From a virus (Duplodnaviria > Caudoviricetes), in IMG/VR virus record IMGVR_UViG_3300035520_001860, positions 1 through 64,000 of that record: a stretch of 64,000 bases of DNA; one strand, 5' to 3'. Positions 1 through 9,187 of this stretch are shown piece after piece (position 1 is the first letter of the stretch; each line of letters opens with the position of its first letter). The notes beneath the pieces were generated by a model that ran no database searches, was not told the DNA's origin, and saw nothing but the letters and a program-made list of their open reading frames with translations. The position numbers and the translations under genes were made by a program.

Positions 1-639
1 ATGGCACGATACATTATAGGTTTAACACTTGTAGGTATTATACCAATGATACTTGTAACAGTATTTTCAATGATAGACAAAGAGGTAAGTGAGAGAATCA
101 AGCCTCATAAAGTAGATTACTTGATAATATTGTTATCAGCAATAGCCTATATAGTAATAACAACTATTAAAAAACAAACGGACATATATGAATATATAAA
201 TATGTCTGTATTGATTGGATATTTGGTCTTTATGAGTTATACAGACCAAAAGATGAAAATGTTGTACAACATAGCATCTATATGGATGATACTATTTGAA
301 ACAGGTTGGCTAGCATATAGTTATTTTATAACAAAAACAGTTAACTTAACAAAATATGATTTGATAGCAATACCAATTTTGATAGCACTTGTGATTTTAT
401 CAAAATTAGACTTCATAGGATTTGGAGATGTACTGATATATTTTGTGTTTGCAATATATGAAACAATATATTCTTATATACCTTTCTGGTACATACTGTG
501 GAGTTTATTGATATCAAACATAATGTTTGTAATAGCAACAAGTGTAATAAAATTGATAACACATAATAAAGAGAAGAAGCAACCATATACAATTTATATA
601 GCAATATCTATTTTCATAGTAAACATATTCTTAGTATAA
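1..639 (+). CDS. Prepilin peptidase (A24 family), possibly 5'-truncated by the window edge
   Basis: Multi-TM protein with the two catalytic Asp motifs YTDQK and IGFGDV, and a C-terminal QPYTIYI resembling the A24 'PF.P.I' segment. Confidence 0.75.
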   Translation: MARYIIGLTLVGIIPMILVTVFSMIDKEVSERIKPHKVDYLIILLSAIAYIVITTIKKQTDIYEYINMSVLIGYLVFMSYTDQKMKMLYNIASIWMILFETGWLAYSYFITKTVNLTKYDLIAIPILIALVILSKLDFIGFGDVLIYFVFAIYETIYSYIPFWYILWSLLISNIMFVIATSVIKLITHNKEKKQPYTIYIAISIFIVNIFLV

Positions 640-648
640 ACATAGCAG

Positions 649-684
649 ATACCCATCTCAGTAAAACAGAGGTGGGTATTTTTA
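649..684 (+). terminator. Rho-independent terminator
   Basis: Stem ATACCCATCTC / GAGGTGGGTAT (one G-U pair) followed by a T-run, directly after the stop codon. Confidence 0.8.
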
Positions 685-1466
685 TATACATTTCATACAT
701 AAAAATATACAAAAATAGATAAAAACAAACAACTATGTATAAATTATAAACAGGCTATATTTATAGTGGTGCAATAAAATTAGCATTTATATTATTTTAG
801 ATAAATTTTAAATTTAATTTTAATATAAAGTAAAACAGTCAGATTTAGATTAAATACATATGAGTTAAATTTAATAGGAAAAATTCATAGTATCCAGAAT
901 TTACAATAATAGAGCAATCTATAAAAACGAATAAGCGAATATAATGATTTCATATACGAAATACAGCTAAATTTAGCATAGTAACCTTAGTGTATGGAGC
1001 AGACTATAAATTTTATTAAACAGTATGAAATTTAATATAAGAGGCAACTGAATTTTAACTGTATGAGCACAGAAAAGTAAATCATTAAGCATCATAAGTT
1101 TAAACAAAAGAGAATTTACTAAAAGTAAACTAGTGAGAAAACCCGAAACAACATAAAATTGTAAACAGCTAAGCAAATATATAAGTTTAGATAAGCAATA
1201 TAGATAACCACAATTAATCATACAATTAAAAGACTTGTAGCAGTCCAACAGCATTAAGAATTAAAAAATAAATGTGCAACTGACAATAAATCATTGCAAC
1301 CAATGTACAATACATGTATAAGTAGACATATGAAATTCAAAACAATAAACAACTATGATAAATCAAGATGCAAATATGAAAATTGTGGTATATACAATAT
1401 AGTAAACAAATCAAAACACGAACAAATAGGAACAGCAGATAGGGTTTAGAAGCTAAACAATATGAA

Positions 1467-1570
1467 TTAAAAGAATAAACAATAAGATTTAAAAGAATAA
1501 ACAATAAGGAGGATAACATATGACATAAGAAAATAGTAAATTAACATTACAAATTAAAAGAACAAACAGT
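1467..1570. repeat. 22-bp tandem direct repeat (2 copies) plus a degenerate third copy
   Basis: TTAAAAGAATAAACAATAAG at 1467 and 1489; TTAAAAGAACAAACAGT at 1554. Confidence 0.7.
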
Positions 1571-1650
1571 GCATAAAGAACTAAAACAGCAAGAGAAAAT
1601 TAAAAAGACATATCAATAATAAAAAAATAAATGAAATTTATAAAAAATAG

Positions 1651-1679
1651 TTGACAAATGGTCGGATTTAGGTTAAAAT
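1651..1679 (+). promoter_or_regulatory. SigA/sigma70 promoter of the HTH operon
   Basis: TTGACA-17 bp-TAAAAT, with an A-rich UP-element-like tract upstream. Confidence 0.85.
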
Positions 1680-1776
1680 GTAGGTAGGTTGAGAATAATT
1701 AAATTCAGAAAAACTGCTAAAGGTACATTATCTAAATTCGGAAAGCATTATAGTAAGAAAAGGAGTGCAATACAGG

Positions 1777-2007
1777 ATGATGAAACAGAAAATTAAAGCA
1801 GTTTTGGAGAAGTATGGTCACACACAGAATGATTTGGCTGAAATCTTAGGAATTACTTATCAGTCAGTATCAATCAAACTTAACGGTCATAAGGATTTTA
1901 CACAGTCTGAAATTTTTAAAATCATGGTGTGTTATAATCTAACGCCAGAAGAAGTGGTAGATATCTTCTTCAATATGAATGACAGAATAAAGGGCGACGA
2001 GGACTAG
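1777..2007 (+). CDS. Small XRE/Cro-family HTH regulator
   Basis: TQNDLAEILGITYQSVSIKLNG...FTQSEI pattern. AGGAG at 1761 favours ATG at 1777 or 1780 over the GTG at 1765. Confidence 0.85.
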   Translation: MMKQKIKAVLEKYGHTQNDLAEILGITYQSVSIKLNGHKDFTQSEIFKIMVCYNLTPEEVVDIFFNMNDRIKGDED

Positions 2008-2023
2008 AGAGAAGGATAACACT

Positions 2024-2602
2024 TTGGTAGATAATAATAACATTGAGGAAGAGAACAAAGTTAATAATGAAGAACCAAAGATGACTTCTGAGGAACTGGA
2101 AAAATTAAATAAACAGATAATTCTTACAGTAATGGGTGATGAAGGTGCTAAAGATATATCTGTTAAAGAAATAGAAGATACATTGGGTAATCATGAACTT
2201 TCTAGGATTTTAGCAGACAATACACTGGATACGAGCAAGAAAGAAGAACTCGTCAACGAGCAAACCAAAGCTTATCTTCAGAAAGCATTTGGAAATAGTA
2301 AACTAACAGAAATAACTAGTGATAATATCAAGGATGTTTTTATGAACAGCTATATTGAATATCATGTATCTTCTATTTTCGAGGAAAGTAATGAAAAAAT
2401 AAACATGAAAGTTAAAGACTACATGCTTATTAAACGAATGAAGAAGAGCATATTGTACATGTGTTTATATGTTCTGATTACGAGAATGTATGATGAAGCA
2501 ACAACATTTTTATTAATAACAGCTGTTTTAGTATTCGCATATGCACTATCATCAATAAAGGATAGCCTTCTAAGAATAAAAGAATTAGAGGGTAACAATT
2601 AG
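2024..2602 (+). CDS. Hypothetical protein with C-terminal TM helices
   Basis: 192-aa ORF with GAAGGA RBS and a hydrophobic C-terminal pair of helices. Confidence 0.7.
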   Translation: MVDNNNIEEENKVNNEEPKMTSEELEKLNKQIILTVMGDEGAKDISVKEIEDTLGNHELSRILADNTLDTSKKEELVNEQTKAYLQKAFGNSKLTEITSDNIKDVFMNSYIEYHVSSIFEESNEKINMKVKDYMLIKRMKKSILYMCLYVLITRMYDEATTFLLITAVLVFAYALSSIKDSLLRIKELEGNN

Positions 2603-2603
2603 A

Positions 2604-3092
2604 ATGGAGACATATACAATGAATGGTGCAGTGGATATTAAATTGTATGAAACCATACCTATGCTATCTGGGTCATCGGTGGATAATTTAACAAAGAAAG
2701 TGCGTAGAGATTTAGGAAGATTCTTCGGTATTAGCGTTGGAACACTTCTGAAAGGTAAGTGGGTAGACATAATAAATAATAAGGAAGTTGAGATCAGATT
2801 TTTACTTGCTTATGGAAGAATGTTTATATACAAAGACTCAACTGGAGAGGATGGCAAGGATGAGGGCGAATCAGCTTCATTCTATGTTATACCTAAGGAA
2901 TTGTTGGGAACTTATGTAATAAACATTGAAGATGATGCCAATAATCCAATGATACAAATTATTACAGTAAATTTCATATGTAAAGACGGTTCATTTTTTA
3001 CATATGAAGATAAAGAGATTAACTGTGTGAGAGTAACATATAACAGTGCAAGTAGTTATACAGCTACATTAATGCAGAAGTTTATGGGATAA
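2604..3092 (+). CDS. Hypothetical protein
   Basis: 162-aa ORF abutting the upstream gene, GAGGG RBS. Confidence 0.7.
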   Translation: METYTMNGAVDIKLYETIPMLSGSSVDNLTKKVRRDLGRFFGISVGTLLKGKWVDIINNKEVEIRFLLAYGRMFIYKDSTGEDGKDEGESASFYVIPKELLGTYVINIEDDANNPMIQIITVNFICKDGSFFTYEDKEINCVRVTYNSASSYTATLMQKFMG

Positions 3093-3121
3093 AGTAGATA
3101 GAATAGATAGTGGGAGAAGCA

Positions 3122-3865
3122 ATGAGACGCATTATAAATGAGGAGCAGAACAAATGGAAAATTGTTCTGGTAAAAACGATTGATAATGTAGAACCTATAT
3201 ATTACAGAATAGTCAACTTGTATACTTATGATATTAAAACAATTCCAGCATACAGAATTTTTGATGCAGTCTTTAATGATGGATTGAATATCATAAATTT
3301 AAAATGTGAAAACAACAAAGCTTCGATAGTTGACAGTATGGGGTATGTAAGTACAGATGAGGTTATAGTCACTGATGAGTTTGATAGTGAAGTACCTAAT
3401 ATTTATGATTGGTGTTTGGAGCACAGTGGTATAGGTGACTATATAATTGGTAGATATGACAGTGAGAAAAATACATTTTCACCTGAAAGTTATGATATAG
3501 ACAGTGGAGAAAAGATAGCATGGACATGCAAGAATGGACATACTATAAAGTGTGGATTTCCTTCATATGTGAGTACTCAAGGGAGTTGTCCTATATGTGC
3601 ATTGGAAGAAAAAGGCGAGACTCCTTCATTTGCATATTGGGCTAGCCTAACAGATAATAAAGAGTTACTTAATATGTATGAAACAGCAACTGATAATTTA
3701 GACCTAAGCACTAAAATAAGTTATAAGACAAAGAAAAAGGTTTGGTTCAGAGACAATGAAACTGGAGAAGAAGTACTTGAATCATTATGTGACATAACAG
3801 TTGATGGAAAGAAACCTTCCTTTAAAAACAAGAAGTCAACAGTGAATATTAAAAAGAAGAAATAA
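3122..3865 (+). CDS. Zinc-ribbon domain protein (DUF4379-like)
   Basis: KIAWTCKNGH...SCPIC motif plus a second degenerate copy (KKKVWF). GGGAG RBS favours ATG at 3122. Confidence 0.6.
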   Translation: MRRIINEEQNKWKIVLVKTIDNVEPIYYRIVNLYTYDIKTIPAYRIFDAVFNDGLNIINLKCENNKASIVDSMGYVSTDEVIVTDEFDSEVPNIYDWCLEHSGIGDYIIGRYDSEKNTFSPESYDIDSGEKIAWTCKNGHTIKCGFPSYVSTQGSCPICALEEKGETPSFAYWASLTDNKELLNMYETATDNLDLSTKISYKTKKKVWFRDNETGEEVLESLCDITVDGKKPSFKNKKSTVNIKKKK

Positions 3866-3872
3866 AAATATA

Positions 3873-3914
3873 GGGAAGGATACAGATGAAAATCTGAAGT
3901 ATCCTTCTTTTTTT
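3873..3914 (+). terminator. Rho-independent terminator
   Basis: GAAGGATAC...GTATCCTTC stem with an inner CAGAT-GAAA-ATCTG hairpin and a T-run. Confidence 0.75.
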
Positions 3915-3960
3915 ATTTTCAAAAGCTGTAATGGAATAGTTAAGCGTGAGGGAATAATAA

Positions 3961-4623
3961 ATGATTAGCATGGATGAAATTATTAAAGCTGGGGAAGCTA
4001 TTGAAGATATCAGAGAACAAGAATATGATACAATGGAAAGTATGTTAAATATGGTAGACCCAGAGCATAGCATAATAATTGACAAAAACATCGGACTAAT
4101 TGGTTATGTAGACGATGAGAGGGATGAAGAGAGAATAAAACTATACAATAAAAGACGAGGGTACAAAGAGTATGAAATGCTTAAAATTGGAAGAATCAAT
4201 GATTGGAGCGGGACAAAACGAGATATATGTAAGAAAGGATCATCTTTTAAAGTAGTAGATAGCAATGGATGGATCATGTTTGACGAGAGGATAACCAGAG
4301 TATACAAACTTTATACTGATGAAGGACCAGATATGTATGTATTCTTCCTTAGAGACAAAGAGGCATCTCAAACTTTTGATGTATTCTTTGACGATGAAGA
4401 TTATTGTCCAGCAGTACTATTATTAGTTGGTGACAAATTGTATATAAATGATTCAAAAGATGATGAATTAACGAGCAAATATGAGGTAGATAAGAACATT
4501 GTACTAATTGAGGATAAAGCTTATCAATGGGGAATAGAGTATAAAGGTAGCATATATAGACCTGCACCTCTGAGTATAAATAATAATATATTCAGTTGCA
4601 GAAAGGTTAAGATGCGGTTGTAA
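3961..4623 (+). CDS. Hypothetical protein
   Basis: 220-aa ORF, GAGGG RBS. Confidence 0.7.
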   Translation: MISMDEIIKAGEAIEDIREQEYDTMESMLNMVDPEHSIIIDKNIGLIGYVDDERDEERIKLYNKRRGYKEYEMLKIGRINDWSGTKRDICKKGSSFKVVDSNGWIMFDERITRVYKLYTDEGPDMYVFFLRDKEASQTFDVFFDDEDYCPAVLLLVGDKLYINDSKDDELTSKYEVDKNIVLIEDKAYQWGIEYKGSIYRPAPLSINNNIFSCRKVKMRL

Positions 4624-4674
4624 TGTCCTCCTTGTATAAAAAGATAATAATTTTAAATTTTTAGGAGATAAGGC

Positions 4675-5502
4675 ATGGACATTTTAAAAAAGCGTAAAGC
4701 AGTAATAGTAAGTATAATTACATTCTTAGAAGTATTAGTTAGTGTGTATAATTGTATAAATTCATATAGTGAAGAAAAAGGCATTGTATTAGCAATAATA
4801 ATTGGAGTATTATTTGCAGCTTGCGAGTGTTTTCAGTTTTACTCTATTGTGGAGATTGCAGAGAGACCTGTAATCGGTGTAATAATGTTAGCAATTTCTC
4901 AGGTATTCACATTTGTTTATGAGGTTGTAACTGGGGCAACAGCAAATGAAGCATTGAATGATATGGGTGTTATAGGATTCATTGTTATAATTGCTATGTT
5001 AATTCATATGATAATCACTAATAAAATTGTGAATGATAAAAAGAATAATAATAATGACAAGATTGGAAAGAGATTTAAAAACATTATTTTTTATAAGAGA
5101 AACTTATTAAAGATTAAATGGTATACAAGAGTTATAATTTATTCACTTATGATAACAACAGTAATGTCATTAGCAAATAGTGAGATAGTTACAACTTTAA
5201 ATGATAGTACAACATTTAGATTGTATGCAGCATTAGTATTAGCAGTTCCAACATTTCTAGTATTTGGAATATTAACAACATCATACATGGCATATGAAAT
5301 GATGATATTTAAAATTATGTTGGAGATTTATACAATTTACTTATTGTCAACTGTAAATAGTATGGATTACATACAAATTGTTTATATTGTTATAGAGTTA
5401 ATTGTTATTACTTATTCATATGCAGTAGTGTTTAGAAATGAACAATTAGAAAAAGAAAATAACAAGGAAGCTAAAAAGGTAAGTCATAAGAAAAGTAAGT
5501 AA
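4675..5502 (+). CDS. Polytopic membrane protein (about 7-8 TM; weak PnuC-like topology)
   Basis: AGGAG RBS; two hydrophobic blocks separated by a basic loop. The family is not established. Confidence 0.6.
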   Translation: MDILKKRKAVIVSIITFLEVLVSVYNCINSYSEEKGIVLAIIIGVLFAACECFQFYSIVEIAERPVIGVIMLAISQVFTFVYEVVTGATANEALNDMGVIGFIVIIAMLIHMIITNKIVNDKKNNNNDKIGKRFKNIIFYKRNLLKIKWYTRVIIYSLMITTVMSLANSEIVTTLNDSTTFRLYAALVLAVPTFLVFGILTTSYMAYEMMIFKIMLEIYTIYLLSTVNSMDYIQIVYIVIELIVITYSYAVVFRNEQLEKENNKEAKKVSHKKSK

Positions 5503-5534
5503 TAACAAGTAAGAGTAATTGAAAGGAAAGATAA

Positions 5535-6776
5535 ATGAGTAATAGACTTGATGAAAATATTACATCTGACAAGGAATTAAGTAAGGAACAAGAAAAAGAG
5601 TTAAACAGCATACTTGATACAGTAAGTAAAGATGCTGATAAAACTTTAAATAAGTTAAACATACGAAACAAAAAGAATTACAACAAAAAGTATTTTAAAG
5701 ATACATCAATAGTAATTATAAGAGCAGCCATAGTTTTAGTAATGTTACTTGCAATGATTTGTGTAGCAACATATAGTCAGAGAAATAAAGAATTTGCTGA
5801 TAATGAGAAACAGGCAGCAGTGAGTTCGTCAGGAACAGTATTAAATATTTCAATGAACTCAGCGAATAAGTTAGATTACAGTGTAAAATCAGTCAGTGTA
5901 TATAATGCACAGGATGAAACAGATGAAGATGATAAAGAAAACATTTATACAGAATTAAATAGCATCAACTGGGTAGGAACTGATATAGATTGTGAATCTG
6001 AATCTTATAGCATAGACGGAGTTGAAACAAGTATTAGCAAAGAAACAAGCCTTAATACAATAGTTTTAAATTCAACATACTTTTATATTGAATATATTAA
6101 CAGTGAAAATAATGCAGCAAAAGAAATTTTGTTTAGTGCAGCAAAACCAGATGATGTAGATACATCAGATATTCAAAAGCAGTCACTTAGATATTTTGAA
6201 TCAAGCAATCCAGTTGTTGATAGGGCTTATACAAATAGTTATAATGATTCATTTTTAATGCTGACAGAAAGAATTGGTGGCGGAGAGTTAACAATTACAA
6301 CTCTTAAAAATGAGATTGAATATCTTGAAAGTAATATGAAAGTAGCAGATATGTCTAATGGAATAACATTAGAGTTTAATGAACTAGGAAGCATAAATCT
6401 AAGTAACTTCGAGGAACTCGGGGATGAAACACAGGTTATATACAGTTCATCAGATGATGTATTAAGAATATCAAATAGAGAAGATAATATAGACTATATG
6501 TATATTTTTAATATAAATAACGAAACAATAGGGTGCAACGCAACTGATTTGTTAGAAACAGATATTGAAAATGTATATATTACGAAAACATTTGATGATT
6601 CAGAGAGTTATAATTATAGAACATTGGCATTAGCAACAGAAAACAGTTTGTATTGTGTCAAGTTTAATATAGATTATTATGAATCATTAAAAACAGAGTT
6701 ATTTGAACAGTTGGGGATTGATAACTCAGAGTTGAAAGTGAAAACTATACAATCTGTAATTAAAACAGACGACTGA
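5535..6776 (+). CDS. Single-TM membrane-anchored extracellular protein
   Basis: One TM at about aa 58-80, followed by an acidic Ser/Thr/Asn-rich domain. Confidence 0.7.
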   Translation: MSNRLDENITSDKELSKEQEKELNSILDTVSKDADKTLNKLNIRNKKNYNKKYFKDTSIVIIRAAIVLVMLLAMICVATYSQRNKEFADNEKQAAVSSSGTVLNISMNSANKLDYSVKSVSVYNAQDETDEDDKENIYTELNSINWVGTDIDCESESYSIDGVETSISKETSLNTIVLNSTYFYIEYINSENNAAKEILFSAAKPDDVDTSDIQKQSLRYFESSNPVVDRAYTNSYNDSFLMLTERIGGGELTITTLKNEIEYLESNMKVADMSNGITLEFNELGSINLSNFEELGDETQVIYSSSDDVLRISNREDNIDYMYIFNINNETIGCNATDLLETDIENVYITKTFDDSESYNYRTLALATENSLYCVKFNIDYYESLKTELFEQLGIDNSELKVKTIQSVIKTDD

Positions 6777-6805
6777 AATAAATAAGAAAAGAAGGATTGT
6801 TAATT

Positions 6806-7774
6806 ATGAATACATTAACAGAACTTGGTAGACGCGAAATATGCAAGATGATTGGAATTAAAAATCCAAAGAGCATATTTGTAAAAAATGAAAATGCTTT
6901 TGTAGATAGAATGACACTACTCAATGTGATGTATAATACACAATATATTATTGATGTATATAAAGAGGAAATGAGTCAATACAATAGTGAAGAGGAATAC
7001 ATTAAGTTCTTAAATGAGCAAGAAGAGCAGATAGGTAGCGAGATAGTTAATAAGTTACTTGTAGTCGAAACACTTGGAGTATTATTTGGTGACGAAGAAT
7101 ATCAAGATTCACTACTTAACACTCAAGAGTACTCAGTGTTGAAAAGAGCAGAAGATCCTTGTATTTTGAGAATATACTTTGAAGCTCCAATGTATGAATC
7201 ATTTAAGTACATTATGTCTGAAATATATGATTGTGAGAGTGACTTTCATGAGTTTGTTTATAACTTAACAGGAAGTAAGTTTTTAGCATTATATAATGAT
7301 ATACAGACTGAATGGCTTGATGATGAGTACTCGGTTGAATTATTGAAATCACAAATGAATATAATAAGTTCATTGATGCTTACAATAGTATGTCCAAAGA
7401 GTTTGAATACAATTAACTTGAGGAAAATGGGAGAAGCAGAGTTACAGTTTGATTCAACAGAGAGAAAGTCAATAGAATCCATTGATAGATTATATCAGTT
7501 ACTTTCAAACAATGATAGATATGACTTTGACAAAGCAATAATAGAATTATATAAATTTGAGAAACTTGCAGAAAATGAGGATATAATCATTAAATTATCT
7601 GCATTAGCAGATAAAGATTTAGGTGTATACAATATAAGTAATTATGACCAATATACACTTATAAGATACTTAAGACATATAAATGGTGAGCCAATATCAA
7701 AATATGATAACTATTTAGATATGAATGGTAGCGAAATAAAAGTAATGCACGGCAAGAAAATAAAGTGGTTTTAG
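6806..7774 (+). CDS. Hypothetical protein
   Basis: Long ORF; AAGGA RBS favours ATG at 6806. Confidence 0.7.
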   Translation: MNTLTELGRREICKMIGIKNPKSIFVKNENAFVDRMTLLNVMYNTQYIIDVYKEEMSQYNSEEEYIKFLNEQEEQIGSEIVNKLLVVETLGVLFGDEEYQDSLLNTQEYSVLKRAEDPCILRIYFEAPMYESFKYIMSEIYDCESDFHEFVYNLTGSKFLALYNDIQTEWLDDEYSVELLKSQMNIISSLMLTIVCPKSLNTINLRKMGEAELQFDSTERKSIESIDRLYQLLSNNDRYDFDKAIIELYKFEKLAENEDIIIKLSALADKDLGVYNISNYDQYTLIRYLRHINGEPISKYDNYLDMNGSEIKVMHGKKIKWF

Positions 7775-7923
7775 TAAGTAAAGCCTTTAAAGTTACGTCT
7801 GAATCATAAGTAAGATGTAATAAATTTTTATTAAATACGTTGTATTATATGCCTTGTATTGAGTGCCTAGTGAGAAAAATCTCAAAATTTTTGATGCTAA
7901 TATACATTAAGAAAAATGAGGTC

Positions 7924-7951
7924 TTGGCATTAAATATACAGTGCATATAAT
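7924..7951 (+). promoter_or_regulatory. Putative SigA promoter
   Basis: TTGGCA-16 bp-TATAAT; closely resembles the element at 14054-14080. Confidence 0.5.
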
Positions 7952-8043
7952 TTACCAACATTTATTTACTAATTTTTAGTATATGATAAAGTAACGGTAA
8001 GAAATATATATTTAATAAAACTTTTGAAAACAGACGAAAGGCT

Positions 8044-8685
8044 TTGGTTACTAATATTATGCAAAAAACAATTCTATCTAAAAATGAAACATCATATATA
8101 CTTGTTAGTGATACAACAATCTTAGTTAAAGATATAGTGAGCAATTGGTATTCACCATTAGCAATAATGGTTTATGATAGTGTTTATATTGAATTTAACA
8201 GACCAATGAAAGATTTCAAAGAAGCAATATCAAAAACAAGATTGCCATTATTAGTAAAGGATATACAGATACCAATAAGTAATATTCGGTTGTACCAGTT
8301 GATAAGAATGCAAACAGGAAATGTAGATGACAAGGTAATAGTAGAGATAACAGAGAAGAATAATAAGATAACTGGTATAACTTTTAATAAGAATTTAAAG
8401 AATGATGCTAAGTACAGAAAATATAATCCATTACCTGCTGGAAATCAGATATCAATACCTGTGATAGAAGCTGGTAACGATAAAATTATGGGATTAAAAT
8501 TTCAAAGTCAATTAGCATTTATAATACAAGCATTGTTTAAATGTGAAGTAGATTTTGTTAAAGCAAACTACATGACTAATAATGTTGATATAGTTGTAAA
8601 TGCTGCTGATACTGATATTAAGATATCATTATTGTTAAATAAGAAAGCAGGAGCATTTGAGTTAGACACAATATCATTAATTTAA
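8044..8685 (+). CDS. Hypothetical protein
   Basis: 213-aa ORF; start uncertain (TTG 8044 or ATG 8059). Confidence 0.65.
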   Translation: MVTNIMQKTILSKNETSYILVSDTTILVKDIVSNWYSPLAIMVYDSVYIEFNRPMKDFKEAISKTRLPLLVKDIQIPISNIRLYQLIRMQTGNVDDKVIVEITEKNNKITGITFNKNLKNDAKYRKYNPLPAGNQISIPVIEAGNDKIMGLKFQSQLAFIIQALFKCEVDFVKANYMTNNVDIVVNAADTDIKISLLLNKKAGAFELDTISLI

Positions 8686-8703
8686 AGCTAGGAGAAAAAA
8701 TAA

Positions 8704-9168
8704 ATGGCAATAGGAGTATATGTTGCACAAAATGTTAAAGTAAACATAGGAGAAATGAAAGAACAGCTTTTGTTCGATTTAGATAAGGAAAAGATTGCTT
8801 ACAGTGTGCCTTTTGATAAAACAAATACAGAGGGTATAAAAGAGACAATTATAACTATGAGAGATCCTGATGTTGAGATAAGTGTTGATAACGATATTAT
8901 TTCTTTTATAAAAACAGATAATACTGATTTTTCTAACCTTGATAATGTTAAGGACGTAAATGTTAACATTATGGAACATCTGAAAAAGATATATGAGAAG
9001 TTGAATGAGAAATTTGATACACAGGATAGTCTTATTAAAATTGAGAAGATAGATACTAAAACACTTAATATTACTGTTATTATCATTTCTGGTGGTGTTA
9101 AGGTTAGAGTTCAGATAGTAAGAGATGCATTTGGTGATGTGTACATAAATACTATAAGAAAGATATAA
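8704..9168 (+). CDS. Hypothetical protein
   Basis: AGGAG RBS, 154 aa. Confidence 0.7.
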   Translation: MAIGVYVAQNVKVNIGEMKEQLLFDLDKEKIAYSVPFDKTNTEGIKETIITMRDPDVEISVDNDIISFIKTDNTDFSNLDNVKDVNVNIMEHLKKIYEKLNEKFDTQDSLIKIEKIDTKTLNITVIIISGGVKVRVQIVRDAFGDVYINTIRKI

Positions 9169-9187
9169 GCATCTAAAGGGGTTTATA

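Noticed and set aside
4626-4634. Minus-strand AAGGAGGA Shine-Dalgarno-like sequence
   Set aside because: No start codon at a usable spacing and no credible minus-strand ORF follows.
7935-7942. TATACAGT as an SOS (LexA) box
   Set aside because: It is only a half-site of the proteobacterial CTGT-N8-ACAG box; Firmicutes LexA uses GAAC-N4-GTTC.
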